DNA of 62,506 bases, counting the filler, from Klebsormidium nitens (lineage: Eukaryota; Plantae; Klebsormidiophyceae), in NCBI GenBank assembly GCA_000708835.1. It is 4 parts of 4 records of this genome, joined end to end, with 100 filler letters (N's around TTAATTAATTAA, not from the genome) between each part and the next. Parts side by side here need not be neighbours in the genome. Positions count along the whole stretch, not along the records: positions 1 to 30,871 come from DF237767.1; 3 more parts are not named here. One strand, given 5' to 3'. Numbering within the stretch: position 1 is the first letter of the stretch; every line of letters begins with the position of its first letter. Shown piece after piece: positions 1 through 11,874 of the stretch. The translations under genes and the position numbers were made by a program. The notes under the pieces are model-generated. The model was not told the DNA's origin and made no database searches. It saw nothing but the letters and a program-made list of their open reading frames with translations.

Positions 1-511
1 CACATTATTTACCTCTTATCCTACGGCGTCCGGAGCCAGATCTTCGCGCGCTGCTGGCCCGGATTGTCGCCACGTGTCTGGGCGGTCGGTTGGGGGACGT
101 TTCTCAAGTGCGTGGCTGACGTCGTACTCTGCACGTCCTCTTTTTCCTCTACACGTTTGGCGTTTGGGTGTTAGAATACTCTCGAAGGAGCCCCAATCAG
201 CTTTTGCGTTTTTTGCTCCAAGCTGCTTCTCCGGACTTTCCAAGTTCTACGTCGTACGGGCGTTATGTAAAGTTGAACGGGAAGAAAGAAGAGAGGAAAG
301 ACGGAAGCAACACGTGATCCCTCTTTGCGGATTGTTTGATTGCAGACATACCGCTTCACGAAATCCCTGAGCCTTCTTTATCCATACAGCTCCTGGATTT
401 TAACCGCAGTTTTGGGCACGCTTGTCCGTTCGTTCCGACTTCGTTTGTCAAGATCAACAGGTGTAGAGTTGACATTGGCAACTCAGACGGTTTCTGCTTT
501 TGTGCATTTAG

Positions 512-2302
512 ATTGGGCATCCCAAGCTGCGCGGCCCTCTGCTTGCAAATCTGTTCGTTTGAAACGCTGATAATCATGGCGGGCTGGCTCTCGGTGAGTT
601 TTGGGCTAATCTCCGCTTTGCATCTCCTGATTCTTAGGAAGGCTCGACTTGTGCACCTCCGGTGCAAGGGAAGCTGACATGGCCAGAGTTTTCAGGCAGG
701 AGTTGTGGCTCCCGGGTTCGTCTCTTCGAGATGCTAAACGATTCGAACGTCTTTGATATCTCGCGAGCTCAGTCTTGAAATAGTACGGAAAGAAACAGCA
801 TCATTAAAGAGTGGCTCAATATCGGCCTACTCAGTTTCTTGCGAACTCATCTCATAGCCGGTTATACAGAGGTCTGCTTGGGGGCGGGGCTGTCTTTAGG
901 CTGTCGCAACAACTCGAAGATTGCCCTCCTTTCTCGGCACACTGGCTGCGTCAGATATTTACAACTGATCTCTAATCTAAAAGCTATTGCGTGTCGATGC
1001 AGAATCCGGCGTACAGCATCGGTGCCCTTTCCATCTGCTTCAACCTGAACGCTTCACTGTCCGGTGTCACATTTGGCGTTGCAACCGCATCCAGGTATGA
1101 AGACGCACTCACACTGCCTATCCGTCGAGCCTGCTGTGGCAGTTCCGTTATATTACCGGACCAGGTTTTGGCATACGAGGTCATTCGTTTGTATAGTTGC
1201 ATGATCGGGCCGTCTTTCGGTGATGACAGGAAGATTCCGCTTCCAGATCCACCTGGTTAACGGACGTTGACCAACTTTTAAGAAGACGGTCTTGCTGAAG
1301 GTGCATCTAACCAGTGGCTAACGAGGCTTGCATGATTAAGACTACAGTCTCGGAATCAAATCGGCATCACTTGCTCCAACACCAGATTCCTCTTTTCTAT
1401 TCCGAACCCAGCACCGGAGACAGTTCTTCAAGCTCAGCCCCGCTTGTAGAGATATTTTATTGCTTCGACCGCTTGAGGGAGGCCCACATTCGTGGATCAG
1501 AAGCGGAGGAGTTACGGTCTAACCCACCCGCTTCGTCTCTTGCCTTTTGCAGTACGCGGATCGCGGTAGCCCTGGGTGCAAACAAGCCCCACGTTGCACG
1601 AGCCGCTTCCAAGGCCTTCATCGCGGTCGGCGTCGCTTTAGGCGCCGCCATCGCGGCCGCGCTCGCGGCCTTCCGGCGCCACTTCATTGCGGCGCTCACC
1701 TCCGAGCCCGAGACCGCCTGCCTCGCGGCGCAGGTGATTTCTCTTCAATCTTATGATAGTAAGCTCTACGTATAGTAATCTCTAGGTATAGTAAGCTCCT
1801 AGCCTAAGAGTAAAAGCATCACCTGCTCCGCACCCGTACCCACCCTAAACCCACAAACGTTAACCAACCCCACCCGTCCCAGGCTGCTTGGCTTACTTTA
1901 ACTAAAGCTTACTTCACCTAACTCGAAGTCTTTATACGCAGGTCCTGCTCGTCCTGGCCGGGTAATCGCTCCTGGACAGCCCGCAGGAAATCGCGCAGGG
2001 GATTCTGCGCGGGAGCGCGCGGCCGCACTTCGTGTTCCTCATCGTTGATCACGCAATACCCGCTGGGGATCGCGGCGTCGGGCGCGCTGGGGGGCCTGGG
2101 TGTCTGCGGGCTGTGGCTGGGGATGGTCATCGCTGACGTGGCGGCGCAGCTGACGTCCGAGGTGACCCTGGTGTGGAAGACGGACTGGGAGGACCTGGCC
2201 GCGAAAGTGCGCGCCCGTACAGCCGCTTCGAAGGGAGCGCCGCCAAGATTAGAAGGGGTTGAGGACTCTGAAAAGGGACTCGGACGCCCCCTGCTGAGCT
2301 AG
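512..2302 (+). pseudogene. MATE/DTX-family efflux transporter, 3' half, disabled (exons 512-593, 1003-1094, 1553-1733, 1942-2302)
   Basis: GT-AG exons join in phase to LGIPSCAALCLQICSFETLIIMAGWLS|NPAYSIGALSICFNLN...GVATAS|STRIAVALGANKPHVAR...LAAQ|VLLVLAG*SLLDSPQEIAQGILRG...GLWLGM...WKTDWEDLAAKVR. This follows the plant MATE C-terminal half (AIPS..CLEWW.FE, LSICLN, STRVSNELGAG, GLW.G, T.W...A.K). There is an in-frame TAA at 1963-1965 and a frameshift near 2041-2045. 5' exons were not resolved. Confidence 0.8.
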
Positions 2303-3437
2303 TCAGTCGAAAGCGACGAAGGGAACCAAAAGGTTGTGTAAATTACAAGCACTTTGTCCACCCACACCGGAATAAGACCTTCATCCTCATCCGCACTGGA
2401 CACGCACTGGAATGGGACCTTCATCCGGCAAGTCCGAGCTCAGTGGTATTTGAATTATTCTAAGGCCCGGGAGTTGTCAGGCGCTGTTTGAAGCACTTGT
2501 GTAGCGGATCTCAGAGTACGTGCAGTCGGAAGTCTCGCAAAATAGTTATGGCTCGACTTTCATAAAAAGAAAGTGTCGGAGGTTCGTCCAAGAAAAATGT
2601 CCATTGGAGCTAGGCCGCATCAGACAGCGTTTCAGTCGCTCAGATCTAACCGGCAACAGTTGGAGCCCAAGAAAGTACCCGTAGTAAGGCTCTCGAGTCG
2701 TCAAAACTGCCAATACCGGAACACAGTAACGGGGTCGTGACTGCGACAGAAATCTGCTAAAACAACGCTGATGCTTGGATATAGAAGCCCCTGCCGGCCG
2801 CGGGCTGCCTAATTAGAGTCCGCATCCCACAGGCGATCTGTGTGTACAAAGCTTTTGAAGCCATTTTGTTAGGTCGCGGACGCGCAGTCTTGATACAGAA
2901 TTGAGCTCAGCATGCAGACTGTATAGGAGGTGCGGCATGCCAGCATACGAAGCTGGTTACCGACGCCAGTAAGATGATACACTGATCATTCGAAAGGTCA
3001 TGCATGATATATGCAAATCTTTGAATCTGGATTCGAACCGCTACTCATGGAACGCCAAGCTGTATCTGCCCGCATGCAAAATAAAGGTCTTCCAGGAATG
3101 CTTTTATTGAACCGTTCCTCCTTTACATCGTGATATCCGCGTAACAGCACTCCGCTGACATTCCACACCTACTGTCATGCGGTTTCCTTTCAGCAAGCCT
3201 TGCGCTCACCTTCCGGACGGCCGCAGGACGACGGCTCTTCAAGCCGGGCTTCGACGTCCTGCTTAAGGACTTTCCAACCCGGCCTACTAAAACCTGCGAA
3301 TACCAAAACAAATTTACCACGAGAATGTCGCCTAGAATGTTTGGACAGCTGATACGTACTCTGACTCACGCCACAAAGAAGCCCTGAATCATGGGCAGCA
3401 GACCTCCTGACTGTCATTTGACAATCTCGCTGCGCAG

Positions 3438-3716
3438 GTCCCGTTCGCGCTGTATCACCTGATCGCGATCCTCACAACGTCCTTCCTCTTCGTGATGGCG
3501 TACCAGTTCGTCTTCGTTGCCGGCTACCTAGGATGCGTGCCGGTTTTGCTACCGACGCTGGGATTCCAAAGCCTGCGCGAGCTCGCCAACGTGCTCGCGG
3601 ATCCGCTGGGCAATGACGACACCGACATCCCTGTGTTTGACTATGTCCTGGAGTGGCACACCACCATGGAAAGCATGATCAACCTGCCCAGGGAGAAGGA
3701 GTCAGTCAGCCCGTAA
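3438..3716 (+). CDS. Bestrophin/UPF0187-family anion channel, C-terminal exon only (fragment)
   Basis: After the acceptor ctgcgcag (AG 3436-3437) the frame reads VPFALYHLIAIL...SLRELANVLADPLGNDDTDIP. This matches the P-F-x-Y and (E/D)-P-F-G-x-D-x-x-D-L-P motifs of bestrophins. A possible upstream remnant SLALTFRT lies near 3194. Confidence 0.65.
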   Translation, partial: VPFALYHLIAILTTSFLFVMAYQFVFVAGYLGCVPVLLPTLGFQSLRELANVLADPLGNDDTDIPVFDYVLEWHTTMESMINLPREKESVSP

Positions 3717-6700
3717 GCCTCGGTTCGAGGAAAGTCAGAAAGAGAAGAACAAGTTTGCTAGAAATGTCGGCAAACGAAGTGACGAATTCAGACACGCAAG
3801 TACAGCTATGACGCTGATTCTCTTTACAGTGATTATATCAGATTCTCAGATATTGAACGCAACTTGTTGATCGGGTCCGGGAAAAACTTGGAGTGATCCA
3901 TGCCCTGCACGCTTCTTTTATTTCTCGGCTGACCAGGATCACTCAGCGATAGCCGAAGCACCTTCAGTCCCGCTTTGCACTAACCGGCCGTGAAACCGTG
4001 CCTTTGAGTCCCGTGACTGGTCCGTCTGCGGAGCTCTGGCTTTCTCTGCAGTATCCGATGCACCGTTCGAAGCGTGACTGGAGGGCTCCGGGCAATTGCG
4101 CGCGCGTTCTTGATATGCATTGTGTACAGAGGGCACGTCTCAGGGGCGTCTCAATTTCAAGGTCTCAGGTTTGTTTTGAGAGAGCTGCCTCTGTAAGGCG
4201 GCTCTGTCCTGTCAAAGGGTATTCGCAAGGATCAAAACTTAGTAGTTACGCCAAGAACGTCAAATCGTTGAGTGAAACATTCAAAGCTAGTCCCCATGAG
4301 ACTTCCGTGTGAGTCCAAGCCCAAGTCCGTTTGTCTTACTTCCGTTTGCCGTGCACAAACTCGGCTGTCCAATCTTGCCGGCCCGTCTTAGAGACCGACC
4401 GTTGGCCTTCAATAAGCTCCAAAATCAGCTTCACTTACTTGGGCCGTCCGATGTTGTCCCCCAAGATTCTGCTAAGCGAGCTGGACGGCCGATTTTAAGG
4501 CGCATAAATTGACCTGTTCCGCCTGGTATGTCCTTCGTGTCCGTGATTAGCATGTTAGCCTGTTCGGGCTTTAAAAGCCTCTTCGGGCTGTCTGTGGCCA
4601 GTTTTTGTCGAGCGAATATTCAAGTCTCGGCATTTTGGGTTGGGATCCACTTAACCGAGGGGGCCACGCCTTTGCTCAAGGCTCCCGCTTATCGGCAGTC
4701 CGGGTTGATCCAGGGCTCGCGTTTTGGCCGGTGATCCTGCTTCCGAGCTGCTGGTCATCTCTGATGCGTTTCAATTCTGCGTGCAGCCAGTCAGGTAGTC
4801 AGAAACGGGAGCTACTGGAAGCCGCTCGTGATTGTAAGACAGTGAAGATTCTCTAGTGCTTCGGATTTGAGTGCTCGCTTCAATGCATTTTTTCTCGGGC
4901 CGAACTGTCGGACTGTTTTTGCTGGAAGCATTCCAGCAAGGCCTTTCTTCGCGTTGGCATCTCACTTTCCAGATTCAAAGAATCCCAGAGAATCCTGGCG
5001 CCTCGACCTTTAATTCGCTCTCTGGTATATCGGTTGGATAGGGCTTCGGCTTCCTCAACAAGTATCGTACAAGTCCCGGCTTTCTCCCGTTGCTCCTTTC
5101 GTTCCGATGGCTCTGAACCGCTGGCGAAACAAGTGACATCTTGGCAAGAATTATTATCGTTCCATTTCCTAGTATCAGAGTGACTCCTGTCCACATTGAT
5201 CGAATCGAATGGCTTGAAAACTTTGCTATCTGCTCCTCCGACCAGGGGTCTTCCGTCTTTCCTGTCGGCTGCCCTTACGGTTTGTTCCGCTTCTCAGTTT
5301 CAAACAGCATTGCGACCGGCTTGGCACTATGAAACATGAGCGACTAATTCGTCCTGCTCATCTTTTCCCCTCATCTAGTGGTCTCGGGATGCCTGGTTGG
5401 GAATCAACGGCTGAAAGCCTTGTACTCGAATCCTTTATGGGCATGCGACTGAAATCATGGGAAGCGCTGCTTTGCTTGCTCGTTTACAACATTCGTGCTG
5501 CAAGTTTCAGAAGACCTGTTGGCAGTTTATGGGCGAACGTGGTCACTTTGGCAGCTTCCAAGAGTCTTTCGGTTTGAGCCGTCATCGAGGCTGTATTCAT
5601 TTGGATGCTGTGGCCAAAGCACTAGTACGCAGGATCTTAAAACAAGGTGAAGAAAGGCTGGCCCCCGTTACTTCAGCTCAGCTTTTTTTCCGTTACCTTT
5701 CAAGGTTTAAGTACCATTCCAGGGCGGTTTCGAGACCGCAAGCAATGTCGTCCGTCTATACTGGTGATCACTGGAGTCACCACCGTGCGTGCATCTTGAC
5801 GAGGCGTGAAAGCTGCCCCGCCACGCTCAGTTGCCCCTTCTCTTCAGGCGTGCCACCGAGAAAGGCACTAGAACTCAATGGTGTTGTAAAAACCTTCTCG
5901 GCTCATGTGTTGTCTCAGCTAGATTAGAGATTATGTATCGGTGAGCAGGAACCTTATAGCACACTGTTATGTCCGGCGCCTCGAATGCCCGCTGCTGATC
6001 AAGTCCATCATGTAGGGTCCATCCGCTCTGAGGGCCCTGTATACACATATTACCAATTAGACAGCTCGTGAGGGCTCGAACAGTGATTCAGGCAGTAGGA
6101 TTCTGGCCGACGGCTGGCCAGCGCCGCCGCGAAACCGTCGCTGCGATGACACCGGCGAATGCGGACAGCTCAATGTGAAAAAGATGAGGATAAAGGTGTA
6201 ACATTCACATGCCCTGTGCAACGCTATCTCGATAATTCGAAGGCAAATAGTGAACCCATAGTGACGTTGACTTCGCTCAGTAGAGTTGCGCTCTTCCATG
6301 ACGTGGGCCACACGCGACTAGCATACTACCTGGTTCCCGCCAGCCATGGTCACTTTGCAACCGGCTTTGCAAACCGTCCCGTAAACGACACAATCGTTGA
6401 TACGCGGGGCCCGGCAGCCCAGCCTCCTCCAAAGGCTGAGCAAAGGCTGATTCCGAGTCGCACCGTGATCGGACGATGAGATTGCCCTGAGATCGGCGGC
6501 CTGACTGCCAGACACAAGCCGCCGCAAGGTCGACCGCGGCCGCCGACCGCGCTTGGGTGCGGCCGCGCGAGCGGCGCGAAACGATCAGTGCCATGGACTC
6601 GATACCTACCTAGTTGCATGAGGCAAGTGGTTAGCCTAACCATTGAACTTTTTGCAGTGAAACCGGGCTCTCTCGCAGTGGTTCGAAGGACGGTTATCGG

Positions 6701-6860
6701 TTCAGGCTTTGACGGCACCAATCCAGATTCTGAACAGGGGAGAGAGAGCAGAAGCGCTGGTGGTGGCTGGGTAGTGGTGCTGCCTTTTTGCCATCTCATC
6801 TTCACAGCTTCAGTGGCGTGCTAAGATTCCACGGAGTAAAGTCACAGACCGGCGGCTGAG

Positions 6861-9800
6861 ATGGCGCCTCTCAAGTTCCTCGAAGATCAGCAGGTCGCTC
6901 ATCCAGAGCTCGCAGAATGGTATCAGCAGTTTGGGGACCTCTATCAGAGGAAGCTATGGCATCAACTGACCGTGAAATTGGAGCAATTTGTGTCTTTAGC
7001 AGCCCTGCAGGTGGGTATTGGTGTGCGAATATCCAGTATCGATACATCCCTTCTTCTGCTGCATCCGTTGCATGCCAGTGGCCATCTTTGGATGTCCATG
7101 TTTCATGTAGCAGTTGTGTTTTTGTGATTGTAACAAATCAATCTGGGATCCTCTCAAGCCGAAGGATCATATTTTCCATGTGCCGCTAGTGATTGAGGAG
7201 CATGATCATGATCGTCTGCACGCTGTCCTAGTCTCTTTGGTTGGTTCTTGTGTGAGATTTTTGTGTGAGCTGGGACACAAAATAGTGGTCTTCTAGTCTC
7301 CTGGTCTTTGCATCTCCACCATCGAGCGCAATCCTTGTGATCAACTGCAAGCTGAAGGCATATACGAGCTTGCTACAGTTTGCAACTCTCATCTTGGGTT
7401 TGAAGCTTATTGACCTGGTCCTCTCAGGACTGCCTTGCCTTGATCATTTGTCTATCTATTTTTAAAACCTCTCTGCCTATGCTTTGCATGTCTCGGTGGT
7501 GAGCAGCCAACACACGAAGGTGTTGTTTGGGGTCAGACTTGCTCAGTCTCCCTGTGCTTATTGGTGACGCAGCTTTGTGGCCTCACCAAAATGTTCTCTT
7601 TCTGCAGTCTGGCGATGGCCTGATCCAGCTATATCATAACTTCATTGCCGACTTTGAGACCAAGATCAACCTGCTCAAGCTGGCGCAATTTGCGGTCGTC
7701 GTATCGAGGCAGTACAGAGAAAAGGACGCTGCCATTGCCTACCTGGAGCAGATTGTGGAGAAGCTGAGGCAAACAAAGCAGGCGCGGGTGGAGGAGCCTG
7801 TCCTGTATGTCAAAATGCAGGTCAGCGTTCTGCTGTGAAACTTGCCCGTGTCCAACCGTCAGTGCCACCTTGTAAATCAGTTTGAGATCACGAAGGATCG
7901 CGGAGAGCAGGACATTTGGGCATTCAACATAGCCTCTGATGAAGATATAGAAGCTTTTTCGTGCTGAAGACTGAAAAAGGAAGGCAGCCTCAAGGGTTTC
8001 GTCATCCTCCCCACTTACCAAGATTTGGTGTTTTTAATGAGCATGGAGCAGTTGTGCTGATTAGATGTCAGCACCCCGGAAACTTCGCTTCTACTTCCTG
8101 TCGTGGCGGTCGTTTCCTTTTCTGATTCTTCTGCTGCACAGCTTGACTCCAGCCAGAGAACTTGACATTCGATCAATGATGAAAAGCGCTTGCTCTGTTC
8201 CAGATTGCGAAACTGAAGCTGCAAGGCGGGGAGGATAAGGCCACCAAGGACTTGCTGGAGGAGGGGAAGGGCACGCTGGAGAGCATGGCAGACGTGGACC
8301 CCAGTGTGCACGCTAGCGTGTACTGGGTCAGCTCGCAGTACCACAAGTCGCGGCAGGACTTTGCCGAGTTCTACCGGAGTGCGCTGCAGTACCTCTCGTA
8401 CACCTCGGTCGATACTCTCTCAGAGGACTTCAAGCTGGTGAGCCATTGCTGCCTGGAGATGGCCTTTTCCTGAGCAAGCTGTCTTTAGAGGACGAGTCTA
8501 CTGCCAATTTTCTCATGCCAACTTTTAGAGGAGTTTTGCTCACTCGGTCCTAGCTCGACAAAAGAAATTTTCTCACCTTCTATTGCACCACCTTCTATGG
8601 AACTCTCTTGAAAGTGAGCAACAGCTGAGCATCGCAAGCTTGTCTATCTTTGAAAGTCTGTGCACCCTTGCTTGCAGAACTTTTCTGTCGACCTTTCTCT
8701 CGCTGCTCTCCTGGGAGAGAACATCTACAACTTCGGAGAGCTGCTTGCGCACCCAATCGTGAGTACCTGCAAGTCTTCCAAACTTTCCAGTCATAAAGAA
8801 AAAGCATCATGGTTGGTTCTCAGCAATCGAATTGGGTCTACCGCGTGCCACTGAGCATTGTCGGATATATAACGGGAGAGCAAACCAGTTTCCTCTTCTG
8901 AATCTCTTGTCACGAAATCGCTGATCCGCCAAGACTGATAGAGCACATCATTGGTAGATTGGCTGCTTCAGGATCTTGGAGGAAAGAAGATAGACCAGGA
9001 ATCGCCAGAGCTCCTCCTCGACTCAAAGATAGTTTTCAATCGTTGTTGACCTTGGAGGCTGAGCTTTAGGCACGTGCCTTGTGTACAAGACTCTCTAGAG
9101 GAAGTAGCCAAAACGCGCTACTGTAGACGGGTTCTCTCCTTGTGGAACAGGCATCAACACTTTCGAGAACACCCCTGCACCTACAACCTCTGTTCTTACG
9201 TCTCAGACTTCAATTCTGCCAAAAACAAATTCTGGCAAACAATCGTCCAGCGGTCTTGTCGGACGCTAGTGACTGCGAGGGTACCATCACTTGTCGAATG
9301 ACACGTCCTAGAATTTTCGTGCCTCCAGCTGACTCGATGGAAGCCGTTCTGGCAGAGGCAGACTTAAGCAGACGAATGTCAAGACCTAGAGGTCTTGCAC
9401 TCAAGCACATCTGAGCCCTCACTTCCTGAACGACCTCTCCCCTTTGCGCAGATGAAGGTCTTGGAGAGCAACAAGGGCGCCGAGTGGCTGTTCCAGATCG
9501 TGCACGCGTTCAACGCAGGCGACCTCAGCAAGTACGACGCACTGTGCAACCAGTATGCAAAGCAGCTCAACGCGCAGCCTGCGCTGGTGGCCAACGAGCG
9601 CCGGCTTCGGGAGAAGATTACCATCCTCAGCTTGCTGGAGCTCGTCTTCAGGTGCGCTGAGCTTTCGGTCCGCTTTTGCTTTCCAGTTGCCTGCTGGCGC
9701 CTTTTTTCTTTGTAATCCTCGGGCTTCTTTTTCTGAGTTGTTGCTTCACGAGACTTGTTTTTCGAGCTCGTGTTTGAGGGCGCCGACGACTAGCTCTTCT

Positions 9801-10546
9801 CTCTCTTCTGACCCTTAAAGTTCTGTCTATCTTTGTCCGGTTTTTACTGTTTTGTCCCTTGTTGCAGTCATCTGCTGACTTGGCCTGTGTACTTTCTTTG
9901 AGGGGTACTGCAGGAAGACACTTGGGTGTAGCAGGGCCTGTGCACAAGTGAGAAGCTCCGAGTGGTGTCAAGTAAATCTTCCTGCCCGCATGAAGAAGGG
10001 TCTGAAAGTCACACAAGAAATCAGGCGCTAGTAGAACCTATCTCTCGCCTGTTGGGCATCTTACAAGTTGTTCTTTCTTTGCAGCCGGCCCTCAGAGGAC
10101 AGGACGATCTCGCTCGCTGAGATCGCGGAGAGGACGAAGCTTCCCATCGACGGGGTCGAATTTCTGCTAATGAAAACGCTTTCGGTGAGCGCTCCTCCCA
10201 TCGACCGCTCCCGCCATCTTTGTAAATTTCTCTGCATCCGGATCTGTTTGGTCAAGCTGCAACGAAATCATTCTAAGAAGTGTTACCTACATCGGCTTGG
10301 CTTGTCTGAAGTTGTCGTATGTTGTCAGTCGACGAATACATGAATATTTGTTTGCAGGTTCATTTGATAGAGGGCGTCATCGACCAGGTCGACGGCACCG
10401 TGCGTGTTTCCTGGGTCCAACCGCGGGTCCTAGCCGTCACACAAATCTCGGGCTTGCGCGATAGGCTCGACTCCTGGCTAACAAAGGTGCACTCGACGCT
10501 CCTTTCTATCGAGACGGAAGCACCTGATCTGATAGCTGTTAGCTGA
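6861..10546 (+). CDS. RPN9: 26S proteasome lid subunit RPN9/PSMD13 (PCI domain), 7 exons, 388 aa
   Basis: Exons 6861-7010, 7608-7820, 8204-8437, 8678-8758, 9452-9651, 10085-10184 and 10358-10546 are all GT-AG and phase-consistent. Motifs: LYQRKLWHQLT, FETKINLLKL, ALLGENIYNFGELLAHPI, LREKITILSLLELVF, EFLLMKTLS, IDQVDGTVRVSWVQPRVL. Confidence 0.97.
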
Positions 10547-11874
10547 AATCCAAGGCTCGCTCACTCTCTGGAGATACGCGTGGGCTGACAAGGATTGCCT
10601 AACGGTGTTACTTTACAAGCTAAGCGAGGCCTTCTGTGCAGTAGTCTCAATTGTCGCTTCAATTCTTTGCGAGAGCGCAATGGCATGCCGGGCTGCATGG
10701 TTGCAGTACAGTCCTTACGACGAGTTGACTCGATGGTCGAAACAGGAATCTCATCGGCATGTTCTGGGGCGGGTTCCAACGTTGAAATGAACGTGAAAGC
10801 GGTGCTTTGCATCTGATATGGCGTCGTGTCAAACACTGTACGACTGTAATGCAGAAATTGTGAATTGCAACGTACATGCTCCCACTGACACATACTTGTA
10901 TACTGGCAGAAATAACCAACATGCTGTCGATCGAATGTGCTTACTGCGTGCTGCATTCAAAGCCAGACGTACTCCGTCTATATCTGATTCTGTGATGCAC
11001 TGCTTAAAATTGTCGATCTTAATAATGCCAGGCCTGACATACATTCTTGCTGGCATGCATGCATTGGACTTTAGCGCGCGCACGGCATGCATGCGAGAAT
11101 CTGATATTTTGATCTGTGAGGAATTAATCCGTCGACATGCATGCGTGATGGCATGTGCCGCGCATGAATAGATATCCATATGGCGGCCGTAATCCATGCA
11201 TTACTACGCGGTCTACACCGTCCGGGAGAGCACGTTCTTAGCTCTAATTATAAAGGGTACTAACGAAACTCATGATACCGTTCCGGTTCAACCGACTACG
11301 TACCTCTGCATATGCTGCTGTTACCTCGTTGATTCACGGAATGTAATTATGCCAACTTATGAGAAAGATGGTGAAATTCAATACATCAACATTTTGAAAT
11401 TATCCTCTGGAATCAGTGGATCCTAGCTTTAAAGTCCGGTATATCCAAGGATAGATGGCGTAAATGAAGTAGCAAGTTAGCTATAGGCTTCCATGATGGC
11501 ATCAAAACCGGCAATGATTTTGGGAGACTCAACTTATCTGACTTTTAGTCGCACTGCGAACCATCAGGCTCTGCTTCGTTCGAGTGCCTGCATCTGTCCA
11601 TCTGACCGCGCCCTACTAAAGCTATTTTGCTATCTTTGCCTTTCATCTTCTGCATCTCTGCGTATATTGTCGAGTCAATCGACTTGCATGGCGGTATGAA
11701 CTCTCACAGGTGCCTTCGACTTCGTCTACAAAGCGCGCTCAAATGGTTATGTTTCTATGATACAGACGTCCTTCAATCACACCTCTAACACCAGTTTCAC
11801 ATGCTTTGAACCTACTTCCTGTTCTCTACTGTTTCGGTTTCGACTGGCTCGGTCTGAAAACACTCTTGGAACCT

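Noticed and set aside
1962-1979. 18-nt GT..AG micro-intron that would remove the MATE stop codon
   Set aside because: It is too short for the spliceosome, would delete conserved-looking residues (SLLDS) and would not fix the later frameshift.
4300-6480. Coding-like fragments between the bestrophin exon and RPN9 (for example minus-strand TDDIACGLETALEWYLNLE, and plus ORF 6159-6479)
   Set aside because: I found no recognisable family, several stops and no consistent exon chain.
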